Notes: generated from the sequence alone by a model not told the origin. 57,618 nucleotides of DNA from an uncultured Clostridia bacterium (GCA_944393325.1 CALXZU010000004.1:1-57618), one strand, 5' to 3'. Positions 9,765 to 20,794 are shown, counted from the stretch's first letter. Numbers and translations are program-made.

Positions 9765-11531
9765 CTAAATTAATTTTTCTAATTCTTTTATTTTTTCGTT
9801 ATAAAAATCAATTGCACTTTTATATACATCTTCTTTTTCTAAATCTATATCGACCATTTTTAATAATTCTATGGATTTTTTTGAACATCCTTGTTTTAAC
9901 ATCTCAATATATTTTTTTATAAATGTTTCTCCTTGTCCTAAAATATTATTTGCAATATTTATTGCACATGATATTCCAGTCGCATATTTATATACATAAA
10001 AGTCTGAATAAAAATGTGGTATTCTTGCCCATTCATATTTTATTTTTTCATCTACTATCATATTATTTCCAAAATATTTTTTATTTAAATCATAATAAAT
10101 ACTATTAAGGTTTTCACTAGATAATGTATTTCCATTTTCAATTTTCTCATGAACTGTTTTTTCAAATTCAGCAAACATAGCTTGTCTAAATAATGTGGCT
10201 CTTATCATTTCTAATAATTCATATAATAATTCAGCTTTTTTTACTTTATCTTTTTCATTTTTTATCTGGTAATTGCTAAGTAATAATTCATTTACAGTTG
10301 ATGCTACTTCTGCCACCATTATTGTATAATTTGCATCTATTATTGTTTGATTTGAGCTTGAATAATATGAGTGCATGCTATGTCCAAGTTCATGTGCTAT
10401 TGTACTTACATCTCTTTTAGAATTTACAAAATTTAATAATACAAATGGATGTACATTATATATTCCCATACTGTATGCTCCTGATTTTTTATTAGCTTTT
10501 GCATATACATCTACCCAATTATTATCAAATGCTTCTTTTAATTTATCTGTATATTCTTTTCCCATTACAGATAATGCATTTTCTACTTCTTTTCTTGCCT
10601 CTTCATATGTTATTTCATCTTTTTCTTCTTCAAATGGATTTACATATAAATCATACATATGAAAATCCTCTTTTTTCAATAATTTTTTCTTTAAATTTAT
10701 AAATTTATGATTTACTTCTAATCCTTTATCTATTGCTTTTATTAATTCATCATATACTTTAATACTTGCATCATCATTTTTAGTTGCCATATCTAAACTT
10801 GATTTATATTTTCTTAATTTAGCTGTAACAGATGTCATTTTTACATTTGATAAGTATAGTTCTGATATTGTATTTATAAATTTACTATATTTATCATACA
10901 TTAAATTAAATGCTTGTTTTCTTACATTTTCATTTTTACTTTTTAAGTAAATTGTATAATTACTTTCTGTTAATTCTTGTTCTTTTTCATTTTCATCTTT
11001 TAACTTTCCGAATTCAAATTCAGCATTTGTTAGAATTTCAAATGTATTTTCAGGTGATGAAAATATTTCTGAATAATTAGCAAGTAAATTTTCTTCTTCT
11101 TTGCTTAGAATATGTTCTTTTTCTTTTAGTATATCTAAGATATCTCTTTTATATCTTAAAAGTTTTTTATCTTCATTCAAATATTTTTCTATTATTCCAT
11201 TTTCAGAATATGTTATTTCTGGTTCTATAAATGAGGTTTTTGTTCCAAACTCTGTTCCTAAACTTTCTACTTCTTTATATAATTTTATGCCTTCTTGATT
11301 TGACATGTCTAAATTATAATAAAGCATTCCATATCCGTATAATTTTTCATATTTTTCTAATGCTTGTTCATATATTTTATAACAATTATATAAATTGTCT
11401 GAACTATTACACAATTTTCCTTGATAAGAATTAATTTTTTCTAAGTCTTTTTTTAAACTTTCTTCCATATTATTAAAATCTTCTTTATTTTCAAATATTT
11501 CTTCTAAATTCCATTCATATTTTGAACTCAT
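9765..11531 (-). CDS. pepF: Oligoendopeptidase F (M3B)
   Basis: HELGHSMH zinc motif, GAYS, WARIPHFY. Confidence 0.93.
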   Translation of the reverse strand: MSSKYEWNLEEIFENKEDFNNMEESLKKDLEKINSYQGKLCNSSDNLYNCYKIYEQALEKYEKLYGYGMLYYNLDMSNQEGIKLYKEVESLGTEFGTKTSFIEPEITYSENGIIEKYLNEDKKLLRYKRDILDILKEKEHILSKEEENLLANYSEIFSSPENTFEILTNAEFEFGKLKDENEKEQELTESNYTIYLKSKNENVRKQAFNLMYDKYSKFINTISELYLSNVKMTSVTAKLRKYKSSLDMATKNDDASIKVYDELIKAIDKGLEVNHKFINLKKKLLKKEDFHMYDLYVNPFEEEKDEITYEEARKEVENALSVMGKEYTDKLKEAFDNNWVDVYAKANKKSGAYSMGIYNVHPFVLLNFVNSKRDVSTIAHELGHSMHSYYSSSNQTIIDANYTIMVAEVASTVNELLLSNYQIKNEKDKVKKAELLYELLEMIRATLFRQAMFAEFEKTVHEKIENGNTLSSENLNSIYYDLNKKYFGNNMIVDEKIKYEWARIPHFYSDFYVYKYATGISCAINIANNILGQGETFIKKYIEMLKQGCSKKSIELLKMVDIDLEKEDVYKSAIDFYNEKIKELEKLI

Positions 11532-11680
11532 ATTTGCCTCCTTCTTATATATTATTGTATTGTTCTTATTTATTATTCATTGTAATTTTAACATAATTCT
11601 ATTTTCTAAACAATACAAAAATTAAAAACAGGTAAAATTACGTTCCAGTTGTAACGTATTCTACCTGAAAACTTACTAAC

Positions 11681-12153
11681 CTACAAGTTTTTTACAAATG
11701 CTTTTTTACCTGTAAAGCCCATTTTCTCCCAAAAAATTCTTGCCCCTTTTCCAACAGGACATAAAAATATTTTTTTATGCCTATTTTCCTAGCCAATTTT
11801 TCTAACTCATTATAGGATTTTCTACCATATCCTTGTAATTGGTACTCCCTATCCACGATAAAATTTGCGATTTCTAATGTTTTCCGTTCTAAAAAAAACA
11901 TTACTTCAACATATGCAACGACTCTTCCGCATTCGTCTTCATACACTAGTTGTTTAAACGAATCTTCTGGTTGAAAATAAAGCTCTTTTAAAAATTCTTG
12001 GTAAGTTGGAAGATTTTTTCTTAAGTCCCATTCATCGCTTTTTTGCCCTATCTCGATGCTATATCCTACTTTATACGAGCAGTTGATGTAGCATTGGTAA
12101 TCCTGCATTTTTGCTTGTAGCCGTCTAATTCCTCTTGTATTAGTGTTTTCCAT
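11681..12153 (-). CDS. GNAT acetyltransferase, apparent 1-base deletion in an A7 run near 11770-11776
   Basis: FIVDREYQLQGYGRK acetyl-CoA motif; one more A restores IKKIFLCPVGKGARIFWEKMGF. Confidence 0.7.
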
Positions 12154-12217
12154 AAGGATATCTCCATATTCTACTAGGTTATATTTATATATTAACATCT
12201 TTTACATAAAGTGTCAA

Positions 12218-12806
12218 TTATAATATAATCGGACTTATTTGTTCTCCATCTAAAGCATATTTTATTGTTTTTATTAAATAATTTTCATCAAAGACTATAG
12301 ACCTAGGCTTTGTTATTGGATTATCTTGTCTAAATGGTACAAAATAATAATTTCTTCTATTTAGCAATTTACCTATGTTTTCTGCATTGCCACTTAGTCC
12401 ATTATTTGTAGATGGTGCAATAACAAGTGGCCTATCATTTCTTAAATGTGATTTGCATGCCATAACTGCTGGCGTATCTATTATATCCGAAGCTAGTTTT
12501 GCCATTGTATTTCCGAGAACAAGGTGCAACTACCATTATATCTGTCATCTTTTTGGGTCCAATTGGCTCTGCTTCTTGTATTGTATGGATTATTTTTTTC
12601 TTTGTTATTTCTTCTATTTCTTCTATAAAGTCTTTTGCTTTTCCAAATTTTGTGTCCATTTCATAACTATTATTAGACATTATTGGTATTATTTCTGCTT
12701 TTTCTTTTTCTATTAATTCTTTTATTTTTGGAATTGTTTTCTTAAATGTGCAAAAAGAGCCTGTAAGTACAAAACCTATCTTTTTTCCAACTAACTCCAA
12801 TCTCAT
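12218..12806 (-). CDS. spoVFB: Dipicolinate synthase subunit B, apparent +1 frameshift at 12515
   Basis: KKIGFVLTGSFCT, AEPIGPKK, APC(S)GNTMAKLA, VPFRQDNPITKPRS. Confidence 0.9.
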
Positions 12807-12853
12807 TCCTCCTTTCATATAATCTTTATATATCATATGAAAAAATGAGATTT

Positions 12854-12916
12854 TTCGACATTATTTCAATGAATAGTCAATATATAATCGACACTTTTTA
12901 ACAATTTTAGTCGACA
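12854..12916 (-). promoter_or_regulatory. Three Spo0A-box-like heptamers upstream of spoVFB
   Basis: TGTCGAA (12854-12860), TGTCGAT (12887-12893), TGTCGAC (12910-12916); the last two lie in a 13-bp direct repeat TCGACACTTTTTA. Confidence 0.35.
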
Positions 12917-13454
12917 CTTTTTAAATAATTTATTATTTATAAAATAAAAATTGAGCCTAAATTTAGGTAGACTCAATTGGACTTTGGATTTCAGAACCAT
13001 TGTCGGTCGAACACCTAGCCAACTCTCAAAGGAATTGCCATCAGAGACGAACAAATCACTGTCAGCCCTTGCATAGCCACTACCCATAGCTCCTGGATCA
13101 AAGTAGCAGTAAAAGCCGTCGAAATCAACACCAGGCGAAGCTAGCCAATAGTTTAGTTCTTCACGTCTATACTCAAAATACTCTATATCTGACTTTTTAA
13201 TACTTTGAGCATTAACCATTTGCCTTGTACTTAGGGTAAATACTTCCATCTGGGAACTTTACCAGCCCTAGCAATTCATATGGGATTTCATCAGGCAAAT
13301 CTTTACTTGTAAATACCTGCTCTTTGCTCACTCCACTCTCTTCTGGTGTAATTACCAGTTTCCTTCCTCCTGGATTAGGAAGAACAATAGTCTTCGGCAG
13401 TTCGGCAAGTCGAATTGTAGGTTTAACGTCCATTTTTGTCCTTTTTCTAAACAT
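12866..13454 (-). pseudogene. Disrupted GC-richer hypothetical gene with YWLASP...GVRP motif
   Basis: Two overlapping ORFs (13212-13454, 12866-13249) with a frame break near 13210-13250. Confidence 0.45.
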
Positions 13455-13508
13455 TTCTGCAGTAGCTTTTGCTACCTTGTTATATAATACTATATTTTAC
13501 ATAATATT

Positions 13509-13844
13509 TTAAAAATAAATCTCACTTTTAAAATATCTTTCTTGAAATTCTGTTAATGCTTTTATTTGCTCTTTTGTATACATTTTATTTTCTGGAACAA
13601 TAATTAATTTATCATCTTCTTCATTTAACCTTTTAATAACAGCAATACATTTACCAGTAAACTCTTTTATTGGCTCAAATATTCCTAACACATAAGCATC
13701 TAACTCTTCCCCATCTCCACTAATAGTATCTGGAATATAACCATAATTTACAGGATAAATCATATCAAAATTAGGATGCTTAGAACCAAGAGGTCTATCA
13801 ACTTTAACTTTTACAATTTTACCAATATAATCTTTACTATCCAT
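13509..13844 (-). CDS. Short soluble inorganic pyrophosphatase-family protein
   Basis: YPVNYGYIPDTISGDGEELDAYVL, DDKL motifs. Confidence 0.85.
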   Translation of the reverse strand: MDSKDYIGKIVKVKVDRPLGSKHPNFDMIYPVNYGYIPDTISGDGEELDAYVLGIFEPIKEFTGKCIAVIKRLNEEDDKLIIVPENKMYTKEQIKALTEFQERYFKSEIYF

Positions 13845-13926
13845 CTAAAACTCCTTTTCTATTTTTATCAATTGATTTATATCATATTTCTTATAATTTT
13901 TAAATAAAATTAAATGGTGAATATTA

Positions 13927-15237
13927 TTGAAAAGAACTAAGAAATTTATAATAAATGGAACTATACTTACTCTAACTGCTTTAATTACAAGAAGTATAAG
14001 TATGGTATTTAACATATATGTATCGAATAAAATAGGTTCAGAAGCAGTAGGTGTATTTTCTTTGGTTATGTCTGTTTACCTATTTTTTATAACACTTGCA
14101 ACATCTGGACTTAGCCTTGCTTGTACATACTTAGTATCACAAGAATTTGCAAAAGGAAATTTTCAAGAAGGATTAAAAGCAGTTAAAAGTTGTAATTTAT
14201 TTGGTCTATTATTAGGGATTGGAAGTAGTATATTAATAATATTGCTATCTAATATAATATCTGTAAATTGGTTAAATTGTAAAGTAAGTTCTATACCATT
14301 TTATTTAATAGCAATCGGACTTCCTTGTATTGCAATCTCTTCTGTTATAAATGGATATTTTTCCGCAGTAAGAAAAGCATATAAATCTGCAATATCACAA
14401 GGTTTAGAACTTATTGTAAAAATAATTATAAGTATTTTATTATTAACTTACTACCCACTTCATAGTGTAGAAAGTATTTGTATTTGTTTAATTTTAGCAG
14501 ATGTAATATCTGAGATATTTTCGTGTACTTTTTTACTTATATTATTTAAAATAGATAAATCATTTTTTAATAAAAGATATAAAATCCCAGGATTACAATA
14601 TAAGAAAAAAATTTTAAGCATAACACTTCCTGTTTCAATAACATCATATATACGTTCAGGGCTATCTACTTTAAAAGAATTTATTGTTCCTAATAGGCTT
14701 GTTTTATTTGGACTTCCATATTCTATTGCTTTATCTGAATATGGAAGAATAACAGGTATGGCTATGCCTGTTATCATGTTTCCTACAGTTTTTATTTTTT
14801 CTTTTAGCTCTTTAATTATACCTGAATTTTCAAGTTTACTTGCTAAAGGATATAAAAAAAGAATTATTAATGTTAGCCATAAAATATTTGCAATTGCTAC
14901 TATTTTCTCTATAATCGTTGCTGTTATTTGTTTTGTATTTGCAAACAATTTAAGTTTAGCTATATTTCAAAATTTAGAGCCTGCAAAATACATCAAAATG
15001 CTTTCTCCTTTAATTGTACTAATGTATATTGATAATATCATAGATAACATGCTTAAAGGTTTAAATAGGCAATTTAAGGTCATGCTATGCAATATAGCAG
15101 ACCTTGTTATAACAATCTCTCTTTTATATTTTTTACTACCTATACTTGGAATAAGTGGTTTTATTATTTCCATGTATGTAAGTGAAATTTTTAATTTTAC
15201 AATAAGTTATTTAGAATTAAGAAAAACAACAAAATAA
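13927..15237 (+). CDS. SpoVB-like / MurJ (MOP) family flippase
   Basis: Multi-TM 436 aa; IGSEAVGVFSLVMSVY and YGRITGMAMP segments resemble SpoVB. Confidence 0.72.
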   Translation: MKRTKKFIINGTILTLTALITRSISMVFNIYVSNKIGSEAVGVFSLVMSVYLFFITLATSGLSLACTYLVSQEFAKGNFQEGLKAVKSCNLFGLLLGIGSSILIILLSNIISVNWLNCKVSSIPFYLIAIGLPCIAISSVINGYFSAVRKAYKSAISQGLELIVKIIISILLLTYYPLHSVESICICLILADVISEIFSCTFLLILFKIDKSFFNKRYKIPGLQYKKKILSITLPVSITSYIRSGLSTLKEFIVPNRLVLFGLPYSIALSEYGRITGMAMPVIMFPTVFIFSFSSLIIPEFSSLLAKGYKKRIINVSHKIFAIATIFSIIVAVICFVFANNLSLAIFQNLEPAKYIKMLSPLIVLMYIDNIIDNMLKGLNRQFKVMLCNIADLVITISLLYFLLPILGISGFIISMYVSEIFNFTISYLELRKTTK

Positions 15238-15241
15238 CTAT

Positions 15242-15895
15242 TTAAATCATGATTTCACATTTAATATTACCATTTAAATTTTCTTTAAAAATATCTGCAT
15301 CTTCTTTTGTACCTACAATTAAGCCGTAATGTATAGGAACAGCAATTTTAGGATTTATTTCATTTACTAAATCTGCTGCTTCCTTTGCTGTCATTGTATA
15401 TGTTCCTCCTACTGGTACAAATGCCACATCGCATTTAACTTTTCTATTTTCTTCAGTTATATCTGTATCTCCAGCAATATAATAACTAACATCTTTTAAA
15501 CGAAGAATATATCCTATCCAATTTTTCTCTTTTGAATGGAAATTTTTATTTACATTATAAGCTGGAACAGTTTTAAAATCAAGATTATCTTTTAAATAAT
15601 AGTTATCAGGTGAAACATCAAAAATACTTCTTTCGAGCAAACCTATATCACTTAAAATTTTTATAACTTCATTATCCTCATACATTTCATTAGGTATTAT
15701 TATTTTAGTTGTATCTTTTTTTACTTTTAAAATATCTTCTGGTGAAAAATGATCATAATGTGAATGTGTTATAAATATATAATCTGCATCATTATAATTT
15801 TTATCTATTTTATATGGATCAAAATAGATAATTCCAACTTCCTGATTTTTAATTTTTATTGAACTGTGACATAATACTTCTATATTTTCTAACAT
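15242..15895 (-). CDS. MBL-fold metallo-hydrolase
   Basis: THSHYDH, AGDT, PIHYG motifs. Confidence 0.88.
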   Translation of the reverse strand: MLENIEVLCHSSIKIKNQEVGIIYFDPYKIDKNYNDADYIFITHSHYDHFSPEDILKVKKDTTKIIIPNEMYEDNEVIKILSDIGLLERSIFDVSPDNYYLKDNLDFKTVPAYNVNKNFHSKEKNWIGYILRLKDVSYYIAGDTDITEENRKVKCDVAFVPVGGTYTMTAKEAADLVNEINPKIAVPIHYGLIVGTKEDADIFKENLNGNIKCEIMI

Positions 15896-16707
15896 AGAAC
15901 TTCTCCTTTCATTATCTTTTCTAACACATATGCTACTCCATTTTCATTATTGGTTTTTGTTATATATTTTGCAAAGGATTTAACCTCATCATTTGCATTT
16001 CCCATTGCAATACTTAATCCTGTTTCTTTAAACATAGAAATATCGTTGTAGTCATCACCTATTGAAACTGCATATTTTAAATCAATATTTAATACTTCAC
16101 ACATGTTTTTTACTCCAAATCCTTTTGATGTCTTTTCATCTGCTATATCATAATATGTAACTTCTCTTGGCTTTTCATAAGGATTTGTTAAACTTTTTGA
16201 TTGGTTTTTTATTCCTACATATTGTATTTCTTCTATTTTAGGTTTTAAATCTCTAATTTTCTCAAAATTGCTATCTTGAATTAAACATTGCATAACATCT
16301 GTTTTTTCTAAAAAGTTTTCTATAGGTTCTGATAATATGTTTTCTTTTTCCACTCCTCTTTCTTTAGTAGAAATTCTACCGATTTCGGTATTCATAATAA
16401 AATTGACATCATTTTCTTTAGCTAAATTATAAATCTCTATGCAAGATTGTTTTTTCATTGGATTTTTATAAATACATTTATTATCTTTATAATTATATCC
16501 ATAAGCTCCATTTGAAGTAATTATATAATTACTTGCATTACATAATTTACTCACTTCTATTGTACTTTTTACTGGTCTTCCAGAGCATATAATCACTTTT
16601 ATTCCTTTACTTACTGTTTCCTTAATTACTTTTTTTGTTATATCCGAAATTTCTCCTAAATCATTTCTCAACGTTCCATCTATATCTATAAAAATGGCTT
16701 TATACAA
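15889..16707 (-). CDS. Cof-type HAD-IIB hydrolase
   Basis: DIDGTL, SGR, K..G, GDDYND, AMGNA motifs. Confidence 0.9.
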   Translation of the reverse strand: MYKAIFIDIDGTLRNDLGEISDITKKVIKETVSKGIKVIICSGRPVKSTIEVSKLCNASNYIITSNGAYGYNYKDNKCIYKNPMKKQSCIEIYNLAKENDVNFIMNTEIGRISTKERGVEKENILSEPIENFLEKTDVMQCLIQDSNFEKIRDLKPKIEEIQYVGIKNQSKSLTNPYEKPREVTYYDIADEKTSKGFGVKNMCEVLNIDLKYAVSIGDDYNDISMFKETGLSIAMGNANDEVKSFAKYITKTNNENGVAYVLEKIMKGEVLC

Positions 16708-16723
16708 TTTTTTCCTCCCATAA

Positions 16724-17353
16724 TTATTTTTTACTCTTAATTTTATTGTTATTAACTGTTTCTAATAATTTTTTATTATATTCATATCTTTCTTCTTTTC
16801 TTTTTAATTTCCTTTTAGAAACATTTACTTCATGATAAGATATTAATATTAATAATATCAATAATACTACTAATGTTATTTTACTCCTTAATATTTTTGT
16901 TATTGTTCCAAAGCCAGAAAGTTTAAACACATATTTTCCTTCTATATCTTGAAACTCTACATATCCCCTATCTTCTGTTTCATTATTATCTCCTTTTGTT
17001 ATATAAACATCTTCACCATTCTTTTCTTCCAATCTTATAATCCTATGTGTATTTATATAATCGCCTACATGAAAAGATATTATATCTCCAACTTTTAAAT
17101 TTTCTTCTGATGCTTTTGTTATAAAAATAACATCATTTGTCATTATTGTAGGTTCCATACTTTCTGATACTATAACAAAACTTTTTATCCCTAAAAAACT
17201 TGGCAATTCATCTGGATTTATATATGTTTGTACTAATAATGTTACATTGAATATAATTAAAAATAATATTATTATACAAGTTGATGTGCTAAATATTCTA
17301 CCTAATCTATATAAATGTTTACTTGACTTATCAAAATCACTAAGTTTATACAC
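16724..17353 (-). CDS. Signal peptidase I, SipW/ER type
   Basis: VSESMEP, THRII, TKGDNN (Ser-His dyad type). Confidence 0.85.
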   Translation of the reverse strand: MYKLSDFDKSSKHLYRLGRIFSTSTCIIILFLIIFNVTLLVQTYINPDELPSFLGIKSFVIVSESMEPTIMTNDVIFITKASEENLKVGDIISFHVGDYINTHRIIRLEEKNGEDVYITKGDNNETEDRGYVEFQDIEGKYVFKLSGFGTITKILRSKITLVVLLILLILISYHEVNVSKRKLKRKEERYEYNKKLLETVNNNKIKSKK

Positions 17354-17464
17354 TTTTATTTTCCTTTCTCTTTTGTTTCTTAAACCATTATAAATATACC
17401 ATAGAACTAAATACTTTTCAATAGATTAGAAAAATTCTTTATAAGTTAGGGCTTAATTTAAAAA

Positions 17465-18394
17465 TTAAATAAATTGTTCTCTTTTTAATCCTGTTACTCT
17501 TTCTATTATGTCTATATCGATATTTTCTCTTAACATATTTTTAGCATCTTGTATTTTTCCTGTTAGTATTCCAGCTTTTTTGCCAGTATTTCTTGCCTCC
17601 ATTATTGTTCTTTTTCTGTCTTCCCTTAATGCTCTCATTGTTTCAACCATAGCACTTTTTCCTCCTTCTTCTTTTATTTTACTTTCTAAGATTTTTATAT
17701 ATTTATTAGCTACATCTTTTCCTAAATCTTTTACTAATATATATTTTATCATTCTTACCATTTCATCTATTTCATCTTCTTTTATATCAGGAATTATTTC
17801 ATCTAAAACTGCTATTAAAGTTTCTTCTCTTCTTGCTTTTTCTATTATTATTGCTTTCCCAAGTAATGTACTTTCTTTTGATATTATTTCCTTTAAACTG
17901 TAGTCTTTAGATTCTAGTAGTTTATATTCACCTATTCCTTCATAATGTTTATCTATTTTTACTTTATTTCCGTATTCTTCTTGTAATTCTACTATACTTC
18001 TTGCTGGCTTCCAGTCGCCTATTCCTGTAAATATTACTATCTTTATTACTTTTGCTATTTTCTTTGATTTTTCTACATTTTGCATATAACTTCTATTTAT
18101 TAATTCTGTTTCATATTCAAATATTTTATATGCCATATATGTATTTTGTGTGGATTGATGTTCTATTAAAAAATATACTTCTTTATCTTTTAGTTTGTAT
18201 AAAACATCTACCATTCTTCCTCTATAATCTCTTGTTGTTAACTCATTTCTTACTGTCTCTATTTCTATTTTTTCAGTTTCTTTTCCTAATGTCTTTTTTA
18301 TTATACTTTCTACTTCATTTATTCTATCTAATATTCGTTTAAATAATTTATCATGTTCATTATGTATATATTTTTCTTCTTCGAGTTCTTTCAT
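17465..18394 (-). CDS. Rpn-family recombination-promoting nuclease / PD-(D/E)XK putative transposase
   Basis: HDKLFK, DVLY, LIEHQS motifs and AKNML..NIDIDIIERVTGL C-terminus. Confidence 0.8.
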   Translation of the reverse strand: MKELEEEKYIHNEHDKLFKRILDRINEVESIIKKTLGKETEKIEIETVRNELTTRDYRGRMVDVLYKLKDKEVYFLIEHQSTQNTYMAYKIFEYETELINRSYMQNVEKSKKIAKVIKIVIFTGIGDWKPARSIVELQEEYGNKVKIDKHYEGIGEYKLLESKDYSLKEIISKESTLLGKAIIIEKARREETLIAVLDEIIPDIKEDEIDEMVRMIKYILVKDLGKDVANKYIKILESKIKEEGGKSAMVETMRALREDRKRTIMEARNTGKKAGILTGKIQDAKNMLRENIDIDIIERVTGLKREQFI

Positions 18395-18894
18395 ATCTTC
18401 CTCCTTCTATTTTATAGTATTTTTATTGCACATACAATATTTATTCTTTAGTAAATAAAACTATTTTTATATAATTTTCTTTCATTTTCTCTTCTAATCA
18501 CATTCTTTCTTATTTTTTCTTATTGTTTTTTGCTTTAAATATCAAAAATACTAATAATTGGTAAGATATAAGCACATATTTAGCTATAATAAAACCATAA
18601 ATTAAACCACCTCTTTTTATTTTTTTCATTCTGGAATTTCAAGAGAGAACCTCTTTATTTAAAGATTTTTTAAATCTTTTTTGATTAAAGTATAACCATA
18701 ATACTAGTTTTTTTCATTTATGTCAATAAAAATATCAAAATCTATGAATAAAATATAAAAATTTACAAAACGTTCACAATTAAAAATCATATTCTTATCA
18801 AATTGTAATAAAAATGTAATATTATTTCTATTTACGTAGATAGATTTTACAGGTATAATTATTTTATACAAAATTATCATAAGGAGTTCTATTA

Positions 18895-19323
18895 ATGGAT
18901 AATAATACTTTACTTGTTTCTGAAAAAGATCAAAAAGCATATTTACCATATAAATATAGTGATATAGAAAGAATTTATAATGAAAATAAAAATAAATATT
19001 CATCATGTGAAGATGTTATTAATAAAGAATATATTTTACCTTTAAATAGATTTAGACATAGTATAAGTTCAAGATTTAGAGAAACTATAAATTTAGTTTT
19101 AAATAAGGAAAAACAATCTTTCTTTAAAGCCTTAGATTTAGCATTTGAGCTTATGCTACAATATAAACTAAATCCAATTATAATTGCTGCTTGTAAGAAT
19201 TTAGAAGAGCTTGACATATATTTAGATTGTTTAGAAGAAGATGAACTATTTGACTTTAGATGTTTTAACATTAAATTCGAGGTAACTCCTAAAGTTTATA
19301 CAAGAGAAAAAAAGCCATTTTAA
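18895..19323 (+). CDS. Hypothetical protein
   Basis: 142 aa ORF with AAGGAG RBS. Confidence 0.6.
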   Translation: MDNNTLLVSEKDQKAYLPYKYSDIERIYNENKNKYSSCEDVINKEYILPLNRFRHSISSRFRETINLVLNKEKQSFFKALDLAFELMLQYKLNPIIIAACKNLEELDIYLDCLEEDELFDFRCFNIKFEVTPKVYTREKKPF

Positions 19324-20639
19324 GGCTTTTTCTTTTTCTCTAAATCAGGTCTATATAAACTATATTTTAAATCTTCTTTACTATATTTACTTGGTTTTAA
19401 ACCTACTCTATCTCTCATATAATCAAGCAATAATATCGCAAAAATTGTTGTTAAACATCCTATAATTATAAATGTGTTTGCTGTTGTAGTAATCTCCAAT
19501 AATAGGGCACATATTAATGATATTATTGCTGTAAATAAATTTGATGATAAATTTCTTAACGCTGTTAATTTTGGTCTTATTCCTCTATTTGTGAAATTAT
19601 TTAAATATCTTGCAAGTAATGCTCTATATGGTCCTTTTGTAGCATATTGTATTAAAAATAGTAATACTATTAATATTAATGATGATTTAGACAATGCATC
19701 TTTACCAATAAAACCTATCAATATACATGAAACTGTTGTTGGTATTGTTAAAAAAGCTATTGTTTTATTTCTAAAAATTTTATGTATTTTTTCGCTATAT
19801 CGTGCGGTTATTGCAGCTCCTAATTGTAAAATCGCAAATATTATTCCAAAATATGCTTCTGGTACTTGCATTTCACTTAGCATACTGCTTCTTAAGTTTA
19901 CTATTCCCATAACCAATCCTAAAAAGATTGCATTTGCAAGTAACAAAAGTTTTACTCTATTTGATTTCATTGAAAATCTTACTGAATCTTTTATTTGTTT
20001 TATATAGGTTCTTAAAGAAACTGGTTTTACTCTATCTTCCACTAGTACAGTATGTCTAAATTTGAATGATATTACAGTAGATAATATACAACATAAAAAA
20101 CATAATATCATAGGAATATATCCATTTATTGCAAATGTTAAGCCTGCAATTACTGAAGATATTGCATCAAATATATAAAAATATGAAGATGACTTGCCAT
20201 CTATCAAGGCAAAAACCTTTCCTCTTTTTTTACTTGCAGGTAATGAATCATAAAGTATATTTTGCTCACATATTCCTTTTATTGAAAATCCTAATGCATA
20301 TACAAACTGTATTATTAACAATTCATAATAATTTTGCATAAATATCATTGCTAAAATACTTAATGAATATAATATATTTCCAATTATTAAGCAATTTTTC
20401 TTCCCTATCCTATCCACTACACTAGTTATTGGTAGTTGCCAAAATGTATTTGCTAAAGTATAAAATGCATCTGCAAATAATACTTGAGAAGCTGAAAAAC
20501 CTTTTATTTGTGTTAAAAATAAGAAAATAATAGGAAAATAGAATAATAAATCCCAAGATACTGTCTTATATATTGGAAATATTCTTACATTTTTCTTCTT
20601 ATGCCTTATAATTTTTCTTTCTTTTGTTTCTCTCATCAT
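19320..20639 (-). CDS. MFS transporter
   Basis: About 12 TM segments; VVDRIGKK loop motif. Confidence 0.85.
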   Translation of the reverse strand: MMRETKERKIIRHKKKNVRIFPIYKTVSWDLLFYFPIIFLFLTQIKGFSASQVLFADAFYTLANTFWQLPITSVVDRIGKKNCLIIGNILYSLSILAMIFMQNYYELLIIQFVYALGFSIKGICEQNILYDSLPASKKRGKVFALIDGKSSSYFYIFDAISSVIAGLTFAINGYIPMILCFLCCILSTVISFKFRHTVLVEDRVKPVSLRTYIKQIKDSVRFSMKSNRVKLLLLANAIFLGLVMGIVNLRSSMLSEMQVPEAYFGIIFAILQLGAAITARYSEKIHKIFRNKTIAFLTIPTTVSCILIGFIGKDALSKSSLILIVLLFLIQYATKGPYRALLARYLNNFTNRGIRPKLTALRNLSSNLFTAIISLICALLLEITTTANTFIIIGCLTTIFAILLLDYMRDRVGLKPSKYSKEDLKYSLYRPDLEKKKKP

Positions 20640-20794
20640 TTTCTCCTTTTACTAACAAATAATAACAAAAATATAAATGTTTTACAAGTTTTTTGACCTA
20701 AATTTTGAAAAATTTTTCAAAATTTTCAATTTTTTATTTTAATTTATGCTTTTATTTTTATAATATTTTTAATTTTTTTACACAAAATATAATT

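Noticed and set aside
11770-11776. Programmed frameshifting or phase variation at A-runs (GNAT gene, 51298-51305)
   Set aside because: Short homopolymers in an assembly with other indel errors; sequencing error is more parsimonious
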